Shown here: positions 26,293-37,279 of the stretch, piece after piece | Layout of the letters: each line of letters opens with the position of its first letter | How positions within the stretch are numbered: the stretch's first letter is position 1 | Source: Takakia lepidozioides | Lineage: Eukaryota; Plantae; Bryophyta | Length of the DNA: 64,000 nt | Assembly (NCBI GenBank): GCA_030704615.1 | Contig: CM060734.1 | Span: 18,476,001 to 18,540,000 of the forward strand | Direction: 5' to 3' | Translations under genes and position numbers: made by a program | Notes under the pieces: generated by a model | Told to the model about the DNA's origin: nothing | The model's database searches: none | Seen by the model: the letters and a program-made list of their open reading frames with translations, nothing else

Positions 26293-26671
26293 TTTTTTTT
26301 CAGAAATGATTGTCCATGGGAATAGGGTTTAGGGTGTCACGGTCATAGGGGGACAAGGACCTCCCGATGAAGGAGGTTGGGCAATGTTTTTTAGAATTAC
26401 ATATTGAAAGGCAATGGTTTGCGAATGGTAGGGTGGTACTGCTCTGTACAATGGGCGTCCATAATAGCCTACTAGCCACTTCCAAAATCCACCCCCACTC
26501 CCAATCTGAAACGAAATGACGAATGATGCATTGTGAGAACGATGGATGCAGAATAGAACAAAAAGGAGGGCACAATGGGGTTTTTATTGATCCACATGAA
26601 TTGCATTTCAAGCACGTCTACTGTGCAGATGGTGCAAACAAATCTATAGCCCTATGCCTTCTGAATACAAG

Positions 26672-27380
26672 TCACGTTGTCAACGGAACTTTAACTGCTC
26701 TGAAGACTAGCTCATGAGTCATCGGGCTCCTCCAGGTAAACTGGATTGCAGCCGTTGTACCGCCCTTGTTGATGTTCACCACAATGTCGTGCCCTTCAAT
26801 CATACCACCATCGAAGATGGAAAGCTTCACTTTTTCGTCCTCCACACCAATGCGAATGTCCCCATACAATGGAGAAGAGGAACGCACTCCTTCAGGAGTA
26901 TGCATCTCCCCGATGGAGTCCACCCAGGTCCACTGGCAGTAGTTCCACCGCAACAGCATAGCAGTGCGCATTCTTCTGCATGGGTGCACGCCGTAGCTGG
27001 GAAAATCGGAATCAAGGATGTGCAAGAGCCACAGACTCCTCAGACCAAGATCGTCACCCCGCTCAAAGGTGTAGTGGCCTGGGATGTACTCAAAAGCTGT
27101 CAATGTTTCCACATTCGCCACAATCTTCTGTGGAAACTGTGTGCCAGATAACGATGTCTCCCGATGTGGCCGTATACATTGCATAATCAAAACCTCCATA
27201 AGGGCAATCGTCGTGGTTCCGCAAGTACGACATCCTTGCAAAGGAGGCCCAGAGGACGTGTGTGTTGTCGATGACAATGACCATGCAGACAACAACAAAG
27301 CCCTTTGATGTTCCAAATGATGAGAAGCGGAAGAGCATTGCGGGCTCCAATAATGGAGGAACTGGGTCCCACCTACCCAC
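26672..27380 (-). pseudogene. Unknown-family protein, paralog A (frameshifted)
   Basis: DCPYGGFDYAMY..SGDIVIW, HYTFERG, LRWNYCQWT, PLYGDIRI, SIFDGGMIEGHDIVV align by eye with paralog B. Confidence 0.7.
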
Positions 27381-27711
27381 CTATCATCGTGTAACATGTT
27401 CATCACGCCAGCGACGGATGAACCGCTTATTCTTTCTCATCCACGGGGAACAATCGGCCACCTGCCACCGAAGTCCATCCCCCCGGATGGAAATTCGGCA
27501 CCGCATTTACATCGAAGGGGAGTTGGATGAAGTCGTCTCAAGTGGCTATAGGCCATCCTGGCACTTACGGCCCACAGTTTGCATGGCACGGAAGGAAACT
27601 GAAACGGCTACATTCATGGAGCAGCCAATCTTTATCCATGCAAGTTCCTGTAAGGGGGAAATTTAAATGTGCCCTGGAGTGTAAGTCCTCAATTGCAGCG
27701 TTTGCAAAAAA

Positions 27712-28400
27712 TTGTCATCTCCTTGCACTACTTCCTGCCTCCGCGCTGCTGCCTCCTCCATCCAAGAGTTGCTGTCATTCAGCATACTCTGCTACTCTTT
27801 TGCAAGGATGCCCTGTCGCCACAATCCTGCTGACTGCCCTTATCATGGCCACGATTATGCGATGTTCAAACCCAAATCAGGAGACATCATTGTCTGGCTC
27901 TCTGTTTTCATTGACGCTTCTGGAGTCAAGCGGGAGTCATTGCGCACAATGTATTTGGAGGACTATTACCACTTTGAGCGAGGTGAGGGCGAGGGTCAAT
28001 GCAGTCCGTGGGTGCTGCAAATTGTTGACCTCAATATACCCAGCTGGAATGGAATGCCGGACAGATCACGCACGGCCTCGCTTTGGCGCTGGAACTGCTG
28101 CCAGTGGACCAAGGAGGATTGCACCGGGGGAAACTATATTCGTGGAGTTCACTCCGCTCTTCCAGTATATGGAGACATTCGGCTGAGTTGCGAAGACGAA
28201 TCACACGGGCACATGAGGCCCATAGTGACCCTGTCAATGTATGATGGTGGTATCATTGATGGACATGACATTGTCGTCAGCTCCACCAAGGGCACCAGAA
28301 CGACGCAATGCAGTTTACCTGGAGGTGCCGCGTTACTAATGAGCTTGTATTGAAGGCTATCGAAGAGACTTGGTGACACCCATGTAGAAGACGGAATGGT
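27712..28400 (+). pseudogene. Unknown-family protein, paralog B, head-to-head with paralog A
   Basis: DCPYHGHDYAMF..SGDIIVW, YYHFERG, WRWNCCQWT, PVYGDIRL, SMYDGGIIDGHDIVV. Confidence 0.7.
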
Positions 28401-28646
28401 TTAGATTTGTTTGGACTTTGCTTAATGTGAGACACCGTGTTCGATAAAACAACCCATCGTGCCCTCACTTCTGTGTACTGTGTTTCTTTGTATTGAATGA
28501 ACTGCTGTTATTGGCCCACTATTCAAAATTTGTGGTCTCATTTGTACAATGTGTCTCTCCACATTAATCTCCAGAAGAGCGATATCAAAGTCATGAGGTC
28601 GACGATGCATCTTTGAAGAAACGAAAACATGTACATGCCCAAGTTC

Positions 28647-29316
28647 GGAAATGCGGCATCACATTTCCTTTGTTTCCATGCATTGATGTCCGGCAGCTTC
28701 AACTCCGCCGTTCTGGTCGCATTGGAAATGCGGTGCCGCATTTCCTTTGTTGACATGGCATTTCCATACTTCGAATTGGAAATGCGGCACCGCATTCCCA
28801 TATTCGACCTTCAAATGTGGCAAAGCATGTCCATGTTCGTTCTGGAAATGCGGCGCATTTCCATATCCGTCATAGAAATTTCGTATTCGACAAAGGAATG
28901 CGGCACCGCATTTCCGTCCAGCACAATGGAATGCGGTGCCGCATTTCCGTGCAAAGGTCAGGAATTGGACAAACTTCCATCTCCAAAATGGAAATGCGGC
29001 ACCGCATTTCCATGTCCGACATGGAAATAACGTGTTCAACATACGAATGCGGCACCGCATTTCCGTTTAGCGCAATGGAATGCGGTGCCGCATTTCCGTG
29101 CAAGGGGCTGGAAATGGACAAACTTCCATCTCCAAAATGGAAATGCGGCACCGCATTTCCGTTCGGCCCAACGATTTTGATGTCCAAAACAAGAAATGGA
29201 AAACTGTTGGTGTCCCGGTTATGGAAATGCAGTGCTGCATTTCCAAAACGATGTATTTACCGTTGCCACATTTCCGTTTTTCCGTTCCGACATGGAAATG
29301 CGGCACCGCATTTTCG
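28647..29316. repeat. Array of about 12 palindromes GGAAATGCGG-NN-CCGCATTTCC
   Basis: Copies at about 28647, 28724, 28779, 28844, 28895, 28928, 28990, 29045, 29077, 29139, 29223 and 29294. Confidence 0.93.
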
Positions 29317-29589
29317 GTTTTGGGAAGGACGTGGTTTCAGAGATGGTGTCGTTTAGAAGCACATGGGAGAGGGGACCTCAACTGGAAAGAAATACCTTTA
29401 TATATTCAGGAAGAAAATGTACAAAGAGTTATTTAAAATTCTATCCATCTTGGAAATCATCATCACTATCGTCATCTTTTCCTAGACTGTCCTGCTCCCA
29501 TTCCACCCCCTCATTGCCTTTCTCATGTCCAGCGGACTGGTCGTTGGCCAACTTTTGAAAATCCTATCTTCCCCTTGCGGAACTGACCA

Positions 29590-31990
29590 TCTCACCTCAT
29601 TGGGTCGTCATCCTCTTTGTCTTCATCACTCTCTTCCGCGGAATCACATACATACTTCTGCACTCGTCTACCTATCTCAGCTATAGCCAACTCTCTCCAC
29701 TTCCTTCTGTCCTCCCTAGCCATCTCCAAAATCAGCTCTACTTTACTGGGATTCTCACATCGTCTAATGGCTGTCTTTGCAAGCTTAGCTGCATAACTAA
29801 GAAGGGAGTAGTCCTTCACTGGGCTCTTCATGAAGTCGGACCTCGCAAAGAACGGGACATTTTCCCTGGCAAGAAATGTAGGCGCCACTGGTTTCGACCC
29901 AGATCTTGGAATCCTGCACATAATAATCACTTCCCCAGACCAATGAGAACTACAATCCGGCATTCACGTGAAAGAAAGAATGACCCAGAAGGCTTTGCAA
30001 ACTTACTATGTTTCCACTCACTCATATTTCGGGTTCTCCTCGGCATCAATGTCCACTATCTCTTCCTCTGAGGCATCAGTGGCTGCGATGGGAGCCTTCA
30101 CATTTCGTTGAAGCCCTTCCAGAGGGGATCCCCAGACGGATATGTCCTCCTCGTAGGCAAAGAGGTGCCGGTCGTAAAACCGCCCAGCCCACATTGAGGC
30201 ACTTGTGAGAATGGCATCCACTCATTAAAACATGGCCCTTGAGAAATGCAGAATTTGAACATAATGAAAATTCGTAGAACAACATAGTACCAAAATCTGC
30301 ATACCTGTTCCACAGATGAGGTCCAGCACTTTGCCCTCCAGGTCAGTGCATGCCTCCATAATGGTCTAGATGAAGGCAGGGCTCCGAGTCCGTGAATACT
30401 GCAAGGGATCCATTGAAGTGAGGCTATGAGGGAGGAGTTCCGTGGGAACGTTGTTGAACAGGACGTCGTAATCGATGGGGTCGCAGTTTGGGTCAACCAA
30501 CAATCCATCCTTCCGGAAAGCAAAGGTCGAGTTCTCCTTCACAAAGCAGTATGCATCGAACTGCTTTGTCTGCAGACACAGTGGAGAATGATTAGAATTC
30601 GAATGCCGCACCGCATATCAAAACAGCTTAGAAAATGCAAGGACGATTGCCAATGTGGTAATTACCATCTTCCCTTCTGAGCGAAGGCCCAATGTGTTGA
30701 TGCACGTCCACTTCTTCTTCAAAATTGGGACGGCACTCTTGTGGGTCCACTTCGCAATTCCTGCCTTTGTGTTTTTCCCTCTGCTTGCAAGGACAACAAC
30801 ACAGCCTCTGTCGTCCAGCACCATGCGGGCGAGCCCGAATCTTTTTTTCCAAAAGTCCTCTGAGTATCTGTTCCAAGACGGCACAACATGCAGTCCTTCC
30901 ACAGGCTCTCCATCCGGAATATCCAAGATGATCATATCGCAAGACCACTCGGTGATTTTTCCACCCCTCCTGCAATCGTTCCCTACACACACCTTCTCAA
31001 AGAACGAGACCATCTTCTGAAACCCAGAGGTGTCGGAAGGCTCTTTGGCAGCCGCCTTCTTCAGTGCTCTGCCCTTCAGCCCCTCCATGGACCTGATGTA
31101 TGCCAACTTGGCTGCCGCCTATCCAAAGCCGCCAAGAAACTCTCATTCACACACTGCACTACTGTTTCTGGCTCCACTTTCGGCCTCTTCATTTCCACCG
31201 GCTCGAAAGGGTGCCCCCCTGGGGGGTTGAAGAGTGCCTTCTTTGTTGAGTCTGTTCTCGTCCCTTTCGTGACAATGGTGGCCGCAGGGGATTTAGGCTG
31301 CGTTTCGGGGGGTGGGCTGGTTGCAAAGTCTCCATCGGAGCCCTCTTCTTCACTCTCTTCTTGCTCTTTCTGTTTCTGTTTCTTCGTCTTCTTGGGTGTC
31401 ACAACTGCTGCTCCTTGTTGGCGAGTCCTCTTCTTTGACCCCTTCTGTTGAGCCTGCACAGCTGCATCCACCGTCTTCTGTGCCATCTCAGCTGCCTTTC
31501 TGGATTCTTCCAGAGCAGCAGTGTCCTTTGCCTTTTCAGGCCTACCAGGGACAGGTCTTTCCCCTGTCTTTCCCTTATCTTCTCCTCCGCTTTCGCGTGC
31601 AACTCTTTCTCCGATTCATCAACAAGTCCGCTAGACATGTCCAGGTACCAGGGGCGTCCAGCGAGATGCGAGGCATGCCATTGTTTCTGCATCTCTGGTG
31701 TGTAGACACAGCTTGCGCCCGGCACGGTCCAAGCCATGAAAAACGGGGGCTCTTGCGCCAGGGCCCCTGTCTTAAGTAGCACGTATTTCATATACCTGCA
31801 ACACACACCACATGCGTCAGTACAGGTTTTGAAGAATGTATTCTGCATACAACGGGAGCTGGGCTTTACCTATACACAATTCGCATTGCTGCTTTTCCCG
31901 CCCCCTCCTGATGTGTATACTCCACGCTCCTTCTTGTTGTCTGCAGCTCCCTGGCAAAGAGGTTGTCCTTGTACGCACATCTGAAACGTG
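29590..31990 (-). pseudogene. Intron-containing beta-class amino (N4C/N6A-type) DNA methyltransferase-like gene, copy 1
   Basis: Motif IV-like SCDMIILDIPDG followed by W..LARMVLDDRGCVVV; later RSPAFI*TIMEACTDLEGKVLDLICGTG, an intron, then ASMWAGRFYDRHLFAYEED (motifs X-I-II). Catalytic-before-SAM order fits the beta class; one TAG stop at 30366. Confidence 0.7.
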
Positions 31991-32029
31991 TCACGTACTC
32001 TTCCAATGTCTGTGTTCATGGCTTCAGCT

Positions 32030-33510
32030 GTGAAGCCCCTTGGGAGACTGGAAGTGGAGATTTTGGGTTTCGAGCTTGTTTCCCAAGTCACTGGAGGGAT
32101 GGAGGCCGCAGGAGATGGAGGAGTTGGCTTTGCACAAGGCCGGCCCATTGAGCTGAACGAAGGTGACAACGAAAATGTGGTGCGATTGGACGACTTCCTA
32201 GCAGATCAGAACGCATTGGAGCTCACTGAGGAGCAAACACTCCTACAGAGCAAACAGGCTGGTAAGAGAAGTGAGAAACTGGTGGTATGCTCATGTCAGC
32301 ACGAGACATGAATATTGCAGCAAACAAGTTGCTGGCAGAAACACATAACAACATTGGGCGTGTTTTGGGTTCCATGGTGTATCAAGAAAACCTCAAAGTT
32401 CGTTTGTGTCACATGGTCAGCCTTCCTGTTGTGAGGCCAACATTGCCAGGGGACATCGACAGGCTGAAGCACTTGTTCAGAGAGGGGTACAGACGCGGTT
32501 CCGCAGCTTTCTACGTTTCCATAGAGCCTGATCAGGGTCTCACAAGGGGCCCCACTGCAGAGGAGCTTCAGAATTGTAGCCCCCATTGGCACACGGTAAA
32601 TGCTGCATTTGAAGTCTCTCTGAAGAATAATCCCACTTACGCACACATGGCAGGGAGATGTTCTTCGTCTGGGACGGGAACCATAGGCTATTTGTGTGGA
32701 CAATGTACATTGCCAAAATGCATTCAGACGATATCAATTGGCATTACATGGTGGATAATTGCATTATCCTCAGAGTGGATGTGAGGGACAGAGGCATGTT
32801 GAAGGGTGCCATGGCGGATATAAATTTGTAAGTATATTGGTATATCCCACTTTTGTCGCAATTTCGGTGCCGAAATTATCAATGTGCTTGACTTACAGAA
32901 ATAACAACTCTGCTGCAAATTGGATTGTTGTGCCGCAATTGGGTGTGCATATCATTCTTTCGTTTCTGTGACAGGGTAATAGAGAAGGCCTTCGTGGAAA
33001 CTCTCCTGGCACATACGTTGTACAGAGTGCAGAAGTGGGCATAGCACCACTGACAGACTTTCAGAGAACCCTCAATCTAGAGTTGTACAGGAAGTCCCTG
33101 GTGAAAGTAGACCGCACCTGGTACCGGCCCACATTGAACGCCATGGTTGAAATATTCTGTGCGGTGAGCTTCACCTCCTTGTTTCTGGTCTGATTTGATT
33201 TTTTTGGGGAGCATTCGCCTGACTGTATGCGCGGGGTATGGCACTGCAAATGAACATCAAGGACGACTTGGACTATGCCAAACGACAGTTCTTTGAGAGT
33301 GATGCCCCCAGCAAGGCGGATGCATTGGTAGAGAGTCACATAGTCCAGGCAGGGAAGCAATCGCAGACCAAGTGCAGGTCGAAACTTGTGAAGCACGTAG
33401 CAATCGCTGACCCGGCCTTGCAAGTGACTTCTTGGCGGAGATAGCATCAAAGCGGAAATGTCCATGGAGAAACTTCATCATATCGCTGTGTCCTGTGTGG
33501 ACCCGGCGGA
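32030..33510 (+). pseudogene. ParB/Sulfiredoxin-domain gene, copy 1 (spliced, frameshifted)
   Basis: VVRPTLPGDIDRLKHLFREGY...FYVSI and MFFVWDGNHRL (ParB/Srx DGxHR box), then a helical region in later exons; homologous to 49060-50697. Confidence 0.68.
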
Positions 33511-33929
33511 GAAGGTTAGCATGTGTTTGTTGTTGTCTTCTACCTCTTTACGATTCCGATGTGAGGTTTCTCTGTCTAATCGATGTCAGAACATGCAAAC
33601 AAGGTGGTTGTGAATCTGGAACGGCATTACAAACACGAAGCTGCTGTACCAGTTTCCGATCGAGCCAACTGACTACAAAATGAACGAGTGGCTGAATGTC
33701 ATGACTTGGTGGCATCAGGTATAATGTCCTCCTGTTGTGTTTGTTCGACTTCATCGTAATTTCAAATTCATGAATGTTTCGGAGTCCTGGAATGCTGATT
33801 GTCATGTTTGTAATGAGGCTTGCTCTAACTTTCAACATTGAGAACTTTGAAACATATTTTATCTATGTTTATGCCACATGGGATTGGTTCTAAGTTTTTT
33901 GTGTTTATGCCACATGGGATTGGGTCTAA

Positions 33930-34250
33930 GTTTTTTATGTCTATGTTATTAACATGGAGGATGAGGATTGTCACACCTTAAGATACAAGAGCTTACGGTG
34001 GCATTTCGAAGGGAAGCCAATGACGAATTTGAGAATTAGGACCTATAGCAAACATGAGAATCAAATATTTTGTTGGGAAGATGTTATATGTGTGGGATGA
34101 GAATCAGAAATAAGTGCTAGTATGGAATGATATATTGATTATCTGCATGATACTAAGGAGAGTTTACATATTCGAATGCACTAATTGGTTATCAATTCTA
34201 AAGATGACTATGTCATGGTTTTGAAAGCAATACATGATGTGAACTCAATA
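33930..34250 (+). pseudogene. Highly decayed third ParB/Srx-like paralog
   Basis: FYVYV, REANDEFE, GKMLYVWDENQK, YIDYLH and VLKAIHDVNS parallel FYVSI, RNDEFE, GKMVFVWDGNHR, YIKHNH and LKNAMADLNS in the other copies. Confidence 0.6.
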
Positions 34251-36364
34251 CATCGTTTCTTTCTTTCTTCCTGGTGTGAAATAATTTTGGATCTACTTCA
34301 ATATTTTTTCATTTTTCTTTGGAGTGAAATAAAATTACAAGTTACGTTTACTTCGACAAGAATCTTAAAATAAAAGAGAATATACCAATCAGAGGTTGCA
34401 GAGGCACCAGAATATGCTCCAAAATCCTGCATGACATTTCATCCGTTTCGTCATTACTGTGTGTTCTTCCTATGTTATTGCTACAAACTCGGTGATTACA
34501 GTTTATAGAATGCAGAAATATGTTAGATGCATCTGTCTAGCTTGGATCTAGAGGTGTACAAAAAATGCGATGTAAATGTGCATAATATTTCATACTCACT
34601 TAGTTATACAAGTTTACAAAAAAATGTCGCCATAATCAAGAATGTTTGGGCAAACAAACTTACCGAATACGTGTATTCAAGATCAATTGATTGTATACAC
34701 ATGTTTTTCTTTACAAAAAGAAAGAACATAGACTGATCACAATTGCAGTAAGACTTCATTATAGCGACACAAACACATGAGCTCACATTTCGTTGTATGC
34801 ACCACCTTGGTAGTTCCTTGAGTTTCAATGGTTGATCTATATATTTTGTGGCACGTTGTTAAATACCAAGTGTTTACATGACTTTTCTTTAAATATCATT
34901 ATGTAATGTGTTATGGCATATCAGAAGAATACTTGTTTCCACGGTTATACATATATATTTACCATTTAATTAGATCCATGGTTATAGGGCTAGTGGACAT
35001 TTTCATTGCATAAGCCCGCGCTCACATGTCCAAGCTCATAAACTCACCAGTTGTAAGCCCCTGCTTCAATATTGCATTTCTTCTAATCCTTGTCCTGCTC
35101 TACAACGTGGTGTGCTATGCGTGTGGTTGGGCAGAATGCATTTCTGCATGTCACAAATGGTCGTGAGTTTGTAGACATGTGGGCATTCCTATGTGGGAGA
35201 AAATTCTGAAGTATGTCCAAAAATCAATGATGATACTTCTAATATTTTCTTTGAGTTGTAGAGAAGGTTTTAACTTTTGAAACCATGAGCTTATGAATGC
35301 CATGGAAATAATGGGCCAACATAAGTTTGGTGTGTATCGGCATTGCTGGATACTAGCAAGCTTGCCAGCTAGATGTACCGGTTTCAAACCTCGATAAAAC
35401 ACTACACTGTATATGTAATGTTGCAACTCTGCGTCGTCTCTGGCTGCGACTGACAACTGCACAATTTCTTATAAACAAGATTGGAGAGTATTTCACACTC
35501 ACAGAGATAGCTATGGTTCAAGTCTTTGGCTCTGTAGAAGATTAAAGATGTTTTAGTACAGTACTAAGCTTCATGAAGAGCTAGTTCCGCAATCGACTCA
35601 TGACCCATTTGGATTTGAATGGGAGAATGTACAGTCAAATGTTTTAGAAACTACAGATTGTTCCGTACAACGAGGCCATTGCTAGTTGGAATGAGAAGAA
35701 AATTCGCTATGACATGGATGTGTAGGCACTGAATAAGTGTTCTAGACAAGTTTTGTGGCTTTCTGCATTGGAGTATGTTGTTGCATCTACAATAGCTTAG
35801 GCTCAATCAAATTGTTCTACAGTTTTTTCGTAGGCTTCAGCCTTCAATATCTATAAATGTCAGAGAAATATTTAGCATGGAAATGTTTTGGTCTTAGTTT
35901 CCACATTTTGAATTATGCTCTCTTCATGCTTTTCTTGCTGTGACTTTACCCACCCTACTACGGACAAAATTGTCACTCTAGGCCCCAAATGCACTACAGG
36001 TAGCATATGAACTATGCTGAAAATTCTGACTTGGCTAACACACACTTAGCAGAACAAAATGTATTGCCAAATGTGGCTTAAATCCTAATGTCGAATATGA
36101 AATAGATCCAACTCCAATTCTTAAAAATAATTGTTGAAATTTGTTGTTGATATTTATTGATTACACCTGCTGATGAACACAATGGTTGTTTGCGCTTTCT
36201 TCGACGTTCATCTCTATGACACAGTAAAGGCGCTCTCACTCATTGTCAGATTAGTGCCAGGCTCCTCCGCCTTGGTGCTGCGAAGAAGGAAATTCCTGAC
36301 TCACGTATTTTGATTGCAGGTGTCGATCCACACAATGGTAGGTTGAGTTTGACAGTTCATCTCG

Positions 36365-37020
36365 AGGTTTACTATTTCATGAGCAGAAACCATGAGCCAT
36401 GAGCCATGAGCCGCATGAGCCGCATAAGCTGTGAGCCGAAGTCAAAGACACGCGGTTTTCATGAGCGGACTCCTCCAAATTTGGAAATGCGGCAGATTAA
36501 AAAAGTATTAAAATAATAGTTTTTTTTTAAAAAAATTGACCTTGCCGTTTTTGGAAGTTCTAGATCCTGTAATGCGGTGAAGATATGTCGTCAGTAACAA
36601 CTCCGCTCATGGTTTTTTAGATCCGCTCATGGAAATGAGTGACCGTGCAACGAGAAATCCAGTATACCACGGCAAAAGGACGTCGCATACTGGCCTGTAT
36701 AGAGTATTCCGCGGTTTTACATGCCTTAACATTGGAATGAAGCTGACCCTTCTGCCGCGATTGAACCAATAGAGTCTGCACCAATAGAATCTGCAGTACT
36801 TCATAATTATGTCATCTTCGGGTATTCGGCGAGAAAGGTTGCGACTCAACTGGGAAATGCGGTGCCGCATTACGGTTCGCACATGCGAAATTTCTGGGGG
36901 GTTCGCTGTTGGCGACGGTCGGCTCCCTGAAGATTGGGTGCGACTATCTTGCTATGACGAAGGCCACAACTACTTGTACCTACGACGTTACTTGGAAATG
37001 CGGCGCCGCATTTCCTTACG
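36365..37020 (+). repeat. Putative DNA-transposon end B with (CATGAGC)n repeats and scattered GGAAATGCGG palindromes
   Basis: actatttcatgagcagaaaccatgagccatgagccatgagccgcatgagc shares ctatttcatgagc with end A; palindromes at about 36853 and 36994, half-site at 36483. Confidence 0.6.
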
Positions 37021-37279
37021 GGGGATGGAATGAGGAAAGCTAAGTTTGGGAGAGCAGAAAAACAGGAACCCTCCAACAAACAAAAATACAAGCACGTGGA
37101 AACAGAAGTGAATGACATAGTATTATCTTAGTTCGAGCAAAACAGGTTACTGGTAGGCAAGATATAAGTCAAACATTTTTGTTGCCAAAGTCAGAGGTAC
37201 TTGCAGCAGTACAGTTCTACTATAACTGAAACTCCGAAAAGGTTGGGCGTAACATTGTGTTTTGGCCCGCAAGCCAAGC

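Noticed and set aside
28538-29558. Overlapping ORFs with EMRHRIS, KCGTAFP and GNAAPHF repeats (also 40994-42143)
   Set aside because: These are six-frame translations of the DNA palindrome, with no sign of a real protein.
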